Assembly: GCA_963716725.1 (NCBI GenBank)
Contig: CAVQUB010000013.1
Span: 256,001 to 320,000, forward strand
Reading direction: 5' to 3'
Length of the DNA stretch: 64,000 nt
Source of the DNA: an uncultured delta proteobacterium
Lineage (GTDB): Bacteria; Myxococcota_A; Polyangia; Polyangiales; Polyangiaceae
How positions within the stretch are numbered: the stretch's first letter is position 1; each line of letters opens with the position of its first letter. The position numbers and the translations under genes were made by a program. This document shows positions 48,869 through 58,517 of this stretch, one piece after another. The notes beneath the pieces are model-generated. The model was given only the letters and a program-made list of their open reading frames with translations. It did no database searches and was not told where the DNA came from.

Positions 48869-50341
48869 GTGCTCTCAGCCGGCAAGCGCATCCGCGACTA
48901 CGAGGTGTGGGGACGCCTCGGCGGCGGCGGCATGGGCGACGTCTGGCTCGCTCGACACGTCGTGCTCGGCACCCCGGTGATCATCAAAACGCTCAGGGCG
49001 GAGCTGGGTGGGTCGCCCCAAGAGCGGGCCGAGCGGGTGGTGACCGAGGCGCGATTGATGGCGCGGATCAACAGCCCGCACGTGGTGCGGGCGCTCGACG
49101 TCGGCTCGGCCGGAGAGGTTCCCTACGTCGTTCAGGAGTACATCGACGGCATCGACCTCAACGAGTTGGACCACGCGCGCCGGCAGGCCCTCGGCCTGGG
49201 CCTCCCGCTCTGGTTCGTATGTGATGCCGCCGCGCAGGTGGCCAAGGGACTGCGCGCGTCGCACCAGTACGGCGTCTTACACCGCGATCTGAAGCCCTCG
49301 AACCTGTTTGGCTCGGTGGACGGCACGGTCAAGCTCGGAGACTTTGGCGTGGCCGTGCCGACGCAGCTCTCCGAGAAGAGGCTGTGCGGCAGCGCTGGCA
49401 CGCTGCGCTTCATGGCTCCGGAAGCGTTGAAGCGCGAGGCTCTCGATCGTCGCTCGGACGTCTACGGCCTGGGCGCGACCATCTACGACCTGCGCTACGG
49501 CTCACCGCCCTTCCTCGACATTCACGAAATCCTCGACACGCCCGACGAGGCCCGATTCCCCCCCGCCCAGAGCGCCTCGGAGGCTTCCTTTCAGTACGTG
49601 GTCGCGAAGATGCTCGCGAAGGACCGGAATCACCGCTACTCGGATCTGTCCGAACCCGATCGTGCCTTGGCGGCGCTCGCGGAGACGACCCGTCGTTCGC
49701 TCCGGGCCATGAAGGTGAAGGACGGAGCGATAGCGCTCGACCGGCTGCAGGTCGTCACCGAGGCCTCCGACATCGCCCAGGCCTCGGTCGATGCCATCGT
49801 CAACTCAGCCAACTGGCAGCTCTCGATGCGGACTGGCGTGGGGGAATCCCTGCGTCGCGCTGGCGGTGACGAGATCGAAGACGAGGCGATCAGCCACGGC
49901 GAGCAGCCTCTGGGCGCCTGCGTTGCCACCGGTCCCGGTCGGCTGCACTGCCGGCGCGTGCTGCACGCGGTCAGTGCCTGGGAAGAGGCCTCGTGCGTGG
50001 GGCGCGCCATGCAACGCGTGCTGCTCGTCGCCGAGCGGTTGGGTCTGCGACGCCTGGCAATGCCCGCGCTGGGAACCGGTGCGGCGCGGGTCACGCTCGA
50101 GGTTGCCGCGCAGGCGCAGGCCTCGGCGCTGCGCTGGCATCTCTCCCTCGGCGGCTCCCGCATCGAAGAAGTCCGCTTCATTCTCTACGACGACGCTAAA
50201 CTGCGAATCTTTCGCGACGTGCTCGAGAGCGAGCTCTTCGGTCAGCACGGCGACTCGGTGCTCGACTCGGGTCTGGCCGGCCAGGACCGCGACACGGCCG
50301 ACGCCACCGCCCCCACCATGGTGGACCCGCGCAAGACCTGA
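48869..50341 (+). CDS. Ser/Thr protein kinase fused to a macro (ADP-ribose-binding) domain
   Basis: LGGGGMGDVW, HRDLKPSN, DFG, MAPE; then SDIAQASVDAIVNSAN, GVGESLRRAGG, VLHAV, MPALGTG. Confidence 0.9.
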   Translation: MLSAGKRIRDYEVWGRLGGGGMGDVWLARHVVLGTPVIIKTLRAELGGSPQERAERVVTEARLMARINSPHVVRALDVGSAGEVPYVVQEYIDGIDLNELDHARRQALGLGLPLWFVCDAAAQVAKGLRASHQYGVLHRDLKPSNLFGSVDGTVKLGDFGVAVPTQLSEKRLCGSAGTLRFMAPEALKREALDRRSDVYGLGATIYDLRYGSPPFLDIHEILDTPDEARFPPAQSASEASFQYVVAKMLAKDRNHRYSDLSEPDRALAALAETTRRSLRAMKVKDGAIALDRLQVVTEASDIAQASVDAIVNSANWQLSMRTGVGESLRRAGGDEIEDEAISHGEQPLGACVATGPGRLHCRRVLHAVSAWEEASCVGRAMQRVLLVAERLGLRRLAMPALGTGAARVTLEVAAQAQASALRWHLSLGGSRIEEVRFILYDDAKLRIFRDVLESELFGQHGDSVLDSGLAGQDRDTADATAPTMVDPRKT

Positions 50342-50345
50342 GGCG

Positions 50346-50855
50346 TCAGGGACCCCGCACCGACGGCGGCGGCTCGCTGCGACGCAGCGCCCGGAGCGCG
50401 GCCTTGGCCAGCGCCTTCACGGCCGGCATGGCGTTGGCTTCGGTCGGTTCGACGACCAAGACCGGCGCGACGCCGGTGAGCGACTGCCACTCCATGGCCA
50501 GCGCAGGGCCTCCGAATACCACCGCCGGCAAGACCACGCGCGCCGGCTGAAGCGCGCGACACAGCCGCTCGACCGCCGAGCTCGAGTAATGGGTGCCGGG
50601 CGTCAGGGCGTCGGTGAGCACCAACGCATCGAGCTGATGTGCGGCGCGATCGAGCGCTGGGCCCGCGCTCGCGTCTCCGGCCCAGGGATCGACCCCGAAG
50701 GTCTCGAAGCACATGCTGAGATCGAACTCGTGGACCCTACCCAGCGGCAGATCGTTGCCCGAGAGGTTCAGGGCGCGCACGAACTGGTCGCTCGCGCCGC
50801 CCATGACCACCACCCGTAGGCGCAGATCGCGCGCTGTCTCGTCGGAGCTGCTCAT
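50346..50855 (-). CDS. Hypothetical protein
   Basis: Coding-like ORF filling the gap, preceded by TGCTAGGCT; no recognisable motif. Confidence 0.55.
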   Translation of the reverse strand: MSSSDETARDLRLRVVVMGGASDQFVRALNLSGNDLPLGRVHEFDLSMCFETFGVDPWAGDASAGPALDRAAHQLDALVLTDALTPGTHYSSSAVERLCRALQPARVVLPAVVFGGPALAMEWQSLTGVAPVLVVEPTEANAMPAVKALAKAALRALRRSEPPPSVRGP

Positions 50856-50950
50856 CTTGCCTGCGCGCAGCCTAGCATCCATCGGTCCGCGCAGCCTCGC
50901 GCGGGCCCCGGGTTCCCTGCGCCGTCGGGCTCTGCTACCCAAGCAGCACC

Positions 50951-51646
50951 ATGAGCACGCCCTTGGTCTCCTTCGAGCTCAGCGACGAAGTCGCCGTCGT
51001 CCGGATGGACGACGGCAAAGCGAACGCGCTCGGCCCCGAGATGCTCGACGCTCTCGACGCAGCCTTCGACCGCGCCGAACGCGAGGCCAAGGCCGTGGTG
51101 CTCACGGGCCGACCGGGCCGGTTCTGCGCCGGCTTCGATCTAAAGCACATGATGGCTGGTCCCGAGCGCGCTCGCGCATTGGTTGTCCGCGGCGCGGAGG
51201 TGCTCTTGCGTGCCTACGCGCATCCGCAACCCTTGGTGGTGGCCTGCACCGGTCATGCGCTGGCCGGCGGCGCCCTCGTGGTGCTCTGCGGAGACATGCG
51301 AATCGGCGCGGCTGGCGAATTCAAGATCGGCTTGAACGAGGTGGCCATCGGCTTGCCCCTGCCGATTCTGGCCATCGAGCTCGCTCGCGATCGACTCGAC
51401 CCGCGAAGGCTCACAGAAGCGACGCTGCTCGCTCGGCAGTACGACCCCGAAGCAGCGCGGGAGGCCGGGTACCTGGACGAAGTGGTCCCCGCCGAGCAAC
51501 TGATGGCGCGCGCGCTCGACGAGGCTCGGCGCTTGGCCCAGCTCGGCAGCTCGCCCTTCTCCGCCAGCAAGCGCGCGCTCCGGCGCGACAGCATCCGGCA
51601 CATTCGCGAGACTCTCGACGAGAACATCCGCGAGTTCGGCGGCTGA
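50951..51646 (+). CDS. Enoyl-CoA hydratase/isomerase (crotonase) family protein
   Basis: DDGKANAL, FCAGFDL, GHALAGG, GLNEVAIG. Confidence 0.92.
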   Translation: MSTPLVSFELSDEVAVVRMDDGKANALGPEMLDALDAAFDRAEREAKAVVLTGRPGRFCAGFDLKHMMAGPERARALVVRGAEVLLRAYAHPQPLVVACTGHALAGGALVVLCGDMRIGAAGEFKIGLNEVAIGLPLPILAIELARDRLDPRRLTEATLLARQYDPEAAREAGYLDEVVPAEQLMARALDEARRLAQLGSSPFSASKRALRRDSIRHIRETLDENIREFGG

Positions 51647-51662
51647 AAAGGGGCCCCCGTCC

Positions 51663-51857
51663 GTGGCCAGCTCGGAATCGTCCCCGGCGACGGCGGTGTT
51701 GATCAGCGTCGTCGCGCTCTTCCTGGTGATCATCGTGCTCGCGTGGCCGGCCCCGCGGCTCTGCTACGAGGATTTGACGGGCACTCCCGCGGTATCCGAC
51801 GTCTGCAACCCCCTGGGGTGGGTGAAGCGCGCGGTGGCGCGAGTTTTGGGCGGCTAG
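51663..51857 (+). CDS. Small membrane protein
   Basis: One strongly hydrophobic helix, two Cys, amphipathic end. Confidence 0.4.
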   Translation: MASSESSPATAVLISVVALFLVIIVLAWPAPRLCYEDLTGTPAVSDVCNPLGWVKRAVARVLGG

Positions 51858-51900
51858 TGCTACTCCGAGGCCCGAAAACCGTGCTATCCCCGGCCCGTCG

Positions 51901-52881
51901 ATGATCGAGGTCGAGCGCCTGACGAAGGACTACGGCACCGTCGTGGCCGTGCGCGACGTGTCCTTCCAAGTGGGCAAGGGCGAGGTCGTCGGATTCCTCG
52001 GCCCGAACGGCGCCGGCAAGAGCACGACCATGCGCATCTTGGTCGGGTTCCTGGGCGCGACGAGCGGCAGCGTGCGCGTCGCCGGACACGACATCGTGGA
52101 CGACAGCCTCGAGGCGCGTCGCTGCATCGGTTACATGCCCGAGTCTGCGCCGCTCTACATGGAGATGCGCGTCCGCGAGTACCTGGCCTTTCGCGCTGCC
52201 GTGAAGAAGGTCCCGCGAGCCGAGCGCAAGTCCGCGGTGGATCGCGCGATGAGTCTGGCGGTCGTCACCGAGATGGCAGACACGGTGGTGGGCCATCTCT
52301 CGAAGGGCTATCGACAGCGCGTGGGGTTGGCAGATGCGCTGGTGGCGAACCCTCCCCTGCTGATCTTGGACGAACCGACCGCAGGGCTCGATCCGAACCA
52401 GATCCGGGAGGTTCGGCGGCTGATCCGCGATCTGGGCGAGAGCCACACCATCTTGCTCTCGACGCACATCTTGAGCGAGGTGGAGACGACCTGCGACCGC
52501 GCCATCGTCATCGATCGGGGCCGACTGGTCGCGGAAGGCAGCATCGAAGAACTGCGCGCCCGGCGCCGAGCCGAAGGGGGACTGATCACCGTGCGCGGCG
52601 ATCGCGCCCGCGCCGTCTCGGCCGTCGAAGCACTGCCGGAAGTGCGCCGAGTCAAGGCACGTAGAGGCGAGGCCGACGGGCTCTGGCGGCTCAGCGTGGC
52701 GCTAAAAAAGGACTCGACGGACGTCGGCACCATGCTCGAGTCCGCCGTGGGCGCGCTGATCTCGGCGGGGCTCTCGGTGCGCGAAGCCGGGCCGTCGCGA
52801 GCGACGCTCGAAGACGTGTTTGCCGAACTGACCAAGGCCGAGAGCAACAACGCTTCGGATGAGGACGAGGACGACACATGA
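51901..52881 (+). CDS. ABC transporter ATP-binding protein (GldA-like)
   Basis: GPNGAGKST, LSKGYRQR, ILDEPTAGLDP, STH. Confidence 0.95.
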   Translation: MIEVERLTKDYGTVVAVRDVSFQVGKGEVVGFLGPNGAGKSTTMRILVGFLGATSGSVRVAGHDIVDDSLEARRCIGYMPESAPLYMEMRVREYLAFRAAVKKVPRAERKSAVDRAMSLAVVTEMADTVVGHLSKGYRQRVGLADALVANPPLLILDEPTAGLDPNQIREVRRLIRDLGESHTILLSTHILSEVETTCDRAIVIDRGRLVAEGSIEELRARRRAEGGLITVRGDRARAVSAVEALPEVRRVKARRGEADGLWRLSVALKKDSTDVGTMLESAVGALISAGLSVREAGPSRATLEDVFAELTKAESNNASDEDEDDT

Positions 52882-53624
52882 GCGGAGTGTTGCCCATTCT
52901 TCGCCGGGAGCTTCTGGCGCTCTGGGTCACACCCCTGGCCTGGGTGCTCCTGGTGGTCTTCCTGCTGATCCAAGGGCTCAGCTTCTATTCCATCGTCGTG
53001 CACGTCTCGAGCATGACCACCGCGTCCATCGACAGCGGACCGGTGCAAGCCTACTTTGGCCAGTCGATCTTCCTGTTGGTGTCGCTGCTCTTGGTCTGCC
53101 CCGCGCTGACCATGCGCGTCTTCGCCGAAGAGCGGCGGAGCGGCACCATCGAGGCGCTCTTGACCGCACCCGTGACCCCGGCGGGGGTCGTGCTCGGCAA
53201 GTATCTCGCAACCCTGGCCACCTACGTCGCCATGTGGGCTCCGACGCTCCTGTACATCTTGATTCTGCGCAACACCGGTCAGGTGGACTGGCGGGTGGTC
53301 GGCTCCAGCTACCTCGGAGTCTTCGGGGTCGGCGCCGGCTACCTCGCGGTCGGCACGCTGATGAGCGCCATGACCAAGAGCCAGCTCACGGCATTCTTGC
53401 TGACCGTGCTGGTCATCTTCGGCCTGTTCATCTTGGGCATCGGCGAATACGTCTTCGAAGCGGGCATGCTTCGGGACCTCTCGTCGCACGTCTCGGTGCT
53501 CTCCCAGATGGACGAGATGGCGAAGGGCATCGTCGACCTGCGGCGGCTGGTCTTCGACGGAACGCTGATCGGGCTGCCGCTCTTCGTCACGGTGCGGGTG
53601 GTCGACTCGTGGAGGTGGGGCTGA
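52878..53624 (+). CDS. ABC-2 permease (GldF-like)
   Basis: ALTMRVFAEERRSGTIEALLTAP, VLGKY; 6 TM segments. Confidence 0.92.
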   Translation: MSGVLPILRRELLALWVTPLAWVLLVVFLLIQGLSFYSIVVHVSSMTTASIDSGPVQAYFGQSIFLLVSLLLVCPALTMRVFAEERRSGTIEALLTAPVTPAGVVLGKYLATLATYVAMWAPTLLYILILRNTGQVDWRVVGSSYLGVFGVGAGYLAVGTLMSAMTKSQLTAFLLTVLVIFGLFILGIGEYVFEAGMLRDLSSHVSVLSQMDEMAKGIVDLRRLVFDGTLIGLPLFVTVRVVDSWRWG

Positions 53625-55231
53625 TGTCCAAGCAGCCGACGGCGGAAGCGAAGCGCCCAGCCAGGGGCGCCGTCACGCCGACCTTCAAGGCACTGGCGGC
53701 TGCGGGCGTGCTCGCGGCCGCCGTGATCGCGGTCCTCTGCAACGTGCTGGTGGCGCGCTTCTACAAGCGATGGGACGTCACCCGAGGCGGGCTCTACACC
53801 CTGTCACCCGCGACGGTGGAGACTCTGCAGGGCCTGGGCGCGCCGGTGGAGATCATCGTCTTTCTGAGCGCCAGCGATCCGCTCTCCGTCAGCGTTCGTC
53901 ACATGCTCACGTCCTATGGCGCCGAGACCACCAAGATCAACGCGCGTTACGTGGACCCCGACCGCAGCCCTGCCGAGTTCCTGGCGCTACAGCAGAAATA
54001 CGGCATCGTGGCCGGCAAGACCGACGACGGTCGCGTCGTCACCGACGCGAGCTTGGTCATCGTCCGCGGCGAGCGTCACTGGTTCGTGACCACGGACGAC
54101 ATGGTCGCGGTCGATGACGACGAAGGGCGAAGCAAGCCGCGGCTCGAGCAGGCGTTGACGGAGGGGATCCGCAACGTGCTCGAGAAGCAGTCCACCAAGA
54201 TCTGTTTCTCGACGGGCCACCAGGAGATTTCCATCGACGATGGCGGACCCCAGGGGTTGGCCGAGTTGCGCTTCCGGCTGCAGAAGAACAACTACGAGAG
54301 CGTCCTGGTGGACTTCTCGTCGCCGAAGCCGAGCGTCGCGCTGACCGAGTGTCAGGTCTTGGCAGTGGTAGGCCCCGAGGTCCCGGTCTCGGAGAAAGTG
54401 GCCAAACAGCTCACGGACTACCTGCTCGGCGGCGGCAACGTGCTGGTGATGGTCAACCCAGTGCTCGACGACGACAACCGCATTCGCAGCACCGGCCTCG
54501 ATCCACTCGGGCGCGCGGCGGGCATCGAACTCGGCAATGACTTCATCATCGAGAAATCGGAACAGGCGCGGCTGCCCCAGGGCCTGGGTGAGACCTTCTT
54601 CGCCCTGCCCCGGGCCCACGGCATCACCAGCGGACTGCTGAAGGGCGACCAGGCGCGTTTCAAGGTCATGCTCAGCGCCGCGCAGAGCCTCCGAGCCACG
54701 ACCGGATCGGCCGCCCAACCCTTGCTCACCACCAGCGCCGAAGCCTTCGCCCTGAAGGACGTGCGGCCCTTCGTCGAGCAGGGCAAGCCCGTCGAGAAGA
54801 GCCCGAGCGACGCCGCAGGTCCGTTCACCGTCGCCTACGCCGTCGAGCTGCCCAAGGCGGCGGGGTCCGAAGCCGCGCACGGGCCCCGCGCCGTCTTTGC
54901 CGCGAGTGCCAACCTGGCGTGGGGTCGGAATTGGCGCGAGCCCACCCTGCTCGGCAACCGGCTCTTCGTCGAGAGCGCGCTTTCCTGGCTGGCGGCACGC
55001 CCCGCGCTGGTCAGCGTCCCAGAAAAGCAAAGCTACGACGCGGGCCTGGCGTTGACCGAAGAGTCGCTGAGTGAGGTGCTCCGCTACGTGTTGATCTACA
55101 TGCCGCTCTCGGCGATCGCGCTGGGCGCCTTCGTGATGCTGCGTCGTCGCTCCAAAGAGAAGCGCTCCCGAGGCGCCGCCGCGGCAGGCACCAAGGCCGA
55201 TGGAGCCGACAGCGGAGACCCAGAGCGATGA
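53624..55231 (+). CDS. GldG-like ABC transporter auxiliary protein
   Basis: RWDVT..GLYTLSPAT, YVDPDRSP, FSTGHQE, GNRLFVESALSWL, C-terminal TM. Confidence 0.88.
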   Translation: MSKQPTAEAKRPARGAVTPTFKALAAAGVLAAAVIAVLCNVLVARFYKRWDVTRGGLYTLSPATVETLQGLGAPVEIIVFLSASDPLSVSVRHMLTSYGAETTKINARYVDPDRSPAEFLALQQKYGIVAGKTDDGRVVTDASLVIVRGERHWFVTTDDMVAVDDDEGRSKPRLEQALTEGIRNVLEKQSTKICFSTGHQEISIDDGGPQGLAELRFRLQKNNYESVLVDFSSPKPSVALTECQVLAVVGPEVPVSEKVAKQLTDYLLGGGNVLVMVNPVLDDDNRIRSTGLDPLGRAAGIELGNDFIIEKSEQARLPQGLGETFFALPRAHGITSGLLKGDQARFKVMLSAAQSLRATTGSAAQPLLTTSAEAFALKDVRPFVEQGKPVEKSPSDAAGPFTVAYAVELPKAAGSEAAHGPRAVFAASANLAWGRNWREPTLLGNRLFVESALSWLAARPALVSVPEKQSYDAGLALTEESLSEVLRYVLIYMPLSAIALGAFVMLRRRSKEKRSRGAAAAGTKADGADSGDPER

Positions 55232-57420
55232 CTCAGGGCATGCGGCGGCAGATCGTCAACCTGGTGCTGGTCGTCGCGGCGCTCGCTCTGGTGGGCGTCG
55301 TAGTCTCGACCCAGCGCCAGGTCACCACCGGGGAGAAAGACGCACGTTCGTTCAACCTGCTGACGGCGTTCCGCGAGGACGACATCACGCGCATCACCTC
55401 GGTCCGAGACGGGAAGCGGCTGGTGATCGATCGCGCGACGAGCCCCGATGCCGGCGATCGCAGCTGGAACATCACCGAACCGGTGCAGGAAGAGGCCGAG
55501 GCCTACGCCATCGACAAGCTCTTGGGCTCCCTCGAGTTCGCCCGCTTCGTACGTCGAATCAAGCCCGAGGAGGTGAACCGCGCGGAGTTCGGGCTAGAAA
55601 CGCCCAGTTGGCGGATCGTGCTCGAGATGGGCAACGTGCACTACGCGCTCGCCTTCGGCAAAGAGGCCGCCTCGCCCGCCGGAGCGCGCTACCTCGAGCT
55701 CGAGGCCCGGGGCGGTCCCGAGAGCGGCGTCTTCTTGGTGAGCCGCGACTTGGTCAAAGAGCTCGACATCGACGCCGGAGCCCTCCGGGGTCGCCAGTTG
55801 ATGCCCTACACCTCGAATCAGCTTTCGCACGTGGTCATCACCGGGAGCGACGGAGTCGAACGCAAGCTGAAGAGCGCAGGGCGCGATCGCTGGCGCTTCG
55901 ACGGGATGCAGCACGGCGTGCGGGTGAACCGCGACGTCTTCGACCAGGTTTTGATCCAATTCGCTCGGACCAAGGCCGAACACTTCATCGATCGAGCCGA
56001 GGCCGAGGCGGCCCTCGCTGGCGGCAAGAACGTCCGCGTCGAGCTGACCCCCAAGGAGGCGGGCCTCCCCAAAGGAGTGATCGAGGTCGGGGGGCGCTGT
56101 CCGAAGAGCGAGAACGACGTCGTGGCCTTGCGCCGGGAGCCCGATGTCGTGGCCGCGTGCGTTCCGAAATCGGTGCTGCCCGGGCTGGACACACCCGCCG
56201 TCGAGCTGGTGGACAAACACCTGTTTGCGCTGCGCAAGGACGAGGTCGAGTCGCTCTCGGTGGTTCGAGGGGACAAGAAGCTGGACCTCGCGCGCAAAGA
56301 GAGCGGCTTCGTGATGCGCTCACCGGTCCAGGGTGAGGTGGAGCTCGAGACCGGCAATCGCCGGATCGAGGCCATCGTGCGCGCCGAAGGCGCGCTCCTG
56401 CTGGACGCCAAGGCCGCCGACCTGGGCCTCGAGCCTCCAACAGGCAAGATCACGCTGCGGTCTTCGGCCGAGAGCGACGAAGCGGTCGTGGAAGAGACGG
56501 TCGAAATTGGTCGCGTCGGGAAATCCGGCAAGCTCGCCGTGCGCCGGGTCGCCGATGGCATGGTGCTCGAGCTCGACCCCGACGCAGCGCGGACCCTGGA
56601 GGCCGACTCGACTCTGATCCGAGGCCTCCGGCTCTTGGATTTCTCGGGAGCAGACTTCCGCAGCCTCGAAGTCCGCGGAAGGAGCGTGAAGCAGACGATC
56701 CACCGCGAAGCCTCGGGCCAGATCGTGCTGGATGTTCCGGCTGGCAACAGCGCGGACACGGCGCTCACCGGCGACGCCATCCACGAGCTCGGGCGGCTGA
56801 CCGCCGATCGCTGGGTGAGTGATGTCGAGGATCCCAGCTTCGGACTCGCCAGCCCCGAGCTCACGGTCGAGCTCAGCTTCGCTACCGGTGACGCCGGGGT
56901 GAAAGATCGCGTGCTCACCGTCGGCGCGTCCACCGCCGGCGGCGCGTTCGCGAAGCTGGCAGGCGAGCCGGGGGTCTTCGTAATGCCGCGCCGCGCCATC
57001 GACGCGCTCGATACCTGGTTCCTCGATCGCACGGTATTCACAGTCACGCCGGACGTCGCCACCAAGGTCGAGATTGAGCGCCAGGGCAAGAAGCTCACCC
57101 TCGAGCGCCAGGGCGACGGCTTCGTCCGCGCGGCGGGCGTCGAGCTGTCGCCGGCCCGCGTCGCGGAGATCTCCGACACCCTGATCGCCCTGCGCGCCGA
57201 GGCGGCAGTCGCGCTGGGCGCAGCCAAACCGGCGCAGGGCTTCGACAAGCCGGAGGTCACCGTTCGCGTCGAGCGCACGGGCGAGGGTCCCAAGAGCTTC
57301 CGTATCGGCGTCGGCGACGCCTGGCGCGGTCAGAGCATCCACTATGTGCGAGCCGATGGCGTGGATGCGACCTACGTCATGGCGAAGACCAAGGCCAAAG
57401 TGCTGATCGACGCATTTTGA
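55228..57420 (+). CDS. DUF4340-repeat protein
   Basis: N-terminal TM; repeated FGLETP / LGLEPP / FGLASP / GFDKP units; typical position after gldG-like genes. Confidence 0.8.
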   Translation: MTQGMRRQIVNLVLVVAALALVGVVVSTQRQVTTGEKDARSFNLLTAFREDDITRITSVRDGKRLVIDRATSPDAGDRSWNITEPVQEEAEAYAIDKLLGSLEFARFVRRIKPEEVNRAEFGLETPSWRIVLEMGNVHYALAFGKEAASPAGARYLELEARGGPESGVFLVSRDLVKELDIDAGALRGRQLMPYTSNQLSHVVITGSDGVERKLKSAGRDRWRFDGMQHGVRVNRDVFDQVLIQFARTKAEHFIDRAEAEAALAGGKNVRVELTPKEAGLPKGVIEVGGRCPKSENDVVALRREPDVVAACVPKSVLPGLDTPAVELVDKHLFALRKDEVESLSVVRGDKKLDLARKESGFVMRSPVQGEVELETGNRRIEAIVRAEGALLLDAKAADLGLEPPTGKITLRSSAESDEAVVEETVEIGRVGKSGKLAVRRVADGMVLELDPDAARTLEADSTLIRGLRLLDFSGADFRSLEVRGRSVKQTIHREASGQIVLDVPAGNSADTALTGDAIHELGRLTADRWVSDVEDPSFGLASPELTVELSFATGDAGVKDRVLTVGASTAGGAFAKLAGEPGVFVMPRRAIDALDTWFLDRTVFTVTPDVATKVEIERQGKKLTLERQGDGFVRAAGVELSPARVAEISDTLIALRAEAAVALGAAKPAQGFDKPEVTVRVERTGEGPKSFRIGVGDAWRGQSIHYVRADGVDATYVMAKTKAKVLIDAF

Positions 57421-57822
57421 TCAGCTCGGCGCGCTCGGCTTCTTCTTGTGCGCCCAGATCACGTCCCAGCCGTTCCGGTACTCGTCGCTCGACACCTGGG
57501 GCGGTCCGCTCGAAACGCGCGCCCGCTCTGCCGGCGCGCTCGCTGCCGTGGGGTCGCTCGCGCGACTCGGCGTGTACTGCACCTCGACGTCGCACACGCG
57601 CGGCGAGTCGGGGCGGGGCTTCAGCTTCACGACCTCGCCGAGGATGGGCTTGCCCTCCTCCATGGGCTGGACGCGACCGACCTCTACCTGGCCTTCCCGC
57701 AAGCGCACGACGCCGACGCCCTTGCCGTCCGGCAACTGCGCGCCGAGCACGACTACGTCGTCACCCGCAGGTTTGCCCCCAGATGCCCCGGAGGATCCCC
57801 TGGAGTCGCGGTCTTCAGTCAA
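57421..57822 (-). CDS. Hypothetical protein
   Basis: Probable TTG start 7 nt after a TAGGCT -10 box; GPPQVSSDEYRNGWD.IW C-terminal motif. Confidence 0.6.
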   Translation of the reverse strand: MTEDRDSRGSSGASGGKPAGDDVVVLGAQLPDGKGVGVVRLREGQVEVGRVQPMEEGKPILGEVVKLKPRPDSPRVCDVEVQYTPSRASDPTAASAPAERARVSSGPPQVSSDEYRNGWDVIWAHKKKPSAPS

Positions 57823-57845
57823 CCCGAGCAGCCTAGCACGAGGGC

Positions 57846-58517
57846 TCAGTGCTGCCTGGGCCAGTGCGCGGGTGCGCGCGCCACGCGCTCGATGAAGTGC
57901 ACCAGCCTGAGCCCGAGCTGAAGCTGCGCTCGATCCGGCGCACCCCACTGCCAACGGTATAGCGCGCGGGCATCGGCGAGCAAGCGCGTGCCTCCTACCT
58001 CGACGCCGAGGGCAGCAGTGCCGAAGGGCGCGTAGATCCCGAAACCGCGATCGTCATCGACCTCGTCGATTTCGAACATGAGCGCGCCGACGCCGAGGCT
58101 CCCGAACAGCACGGGGGTGCGGTACCCGAGCCAGAAGCCGAAGGGCAGGCCACCCCCGCCGGAGCCGTCGGCGATCCACAGCTCGCCGCCGAGCGTGACG
58201 CCCCCCACCGGCCCGCGACCCTCGTAGCGGCCGGCGCCAAAACCCTCGAGCTCGAGCCGGCCGAACCAACCGTTCGGCGCACGCTCGGTGAAGACCCGGC
58301 CCACCGTGGCCGAGAGCCCGCCCCCCGCCGAGCTGCCGTCCGTGGGCTCCCTCCGGGCGACGACGGGCGCTTCTGCCTGCCCGTGCCCGAGCGCCCGCGG
58401 CTGCTCCGCGCTCTCCGGTCCGACCGCCACCTTCAGCTCGGCACGAGCGCCTATCGGCTCAGCCGCAACTGCGAGCGCAGCCCACCAGGCCACGACCGCC
58501 ACACACCGCGCGCTCAC
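57846..58517 (-). CDS. Hypothetical secreted or outer-membrane beta-rich protein
   Basis: Signal-like N-terminus, amphipathic strands; GTGA overlap with the upstream gene. Confidence 0.5.
   Translation of the reverse strand: MSARCVAVVAWWAALAVAAEPIGARAELKVAVGPESAEQPRALGHGQAEAPVVARREPTDGSSAGGGLSATVGRVFTERAPNGWFGRLELEGFGAGRYEGRGPVGGVTLGGELWIADGSGGGGLPFGFWLGYRTPVLFGSLGVGALMFEIDEVDDDRGFGIYAPFGTAALGVEVGGTRLLADARALYRWQWGAPDRAQLQLGLRLVHFIERVARAPAHWPRQH

Noticed and set aside
50346..50855. Possible degenerate small GTPase (MglA-like)
   Set aside because: The beta-strand-GG start is suggestive, but there is no GKT/S, DxxG or NKxD motif.
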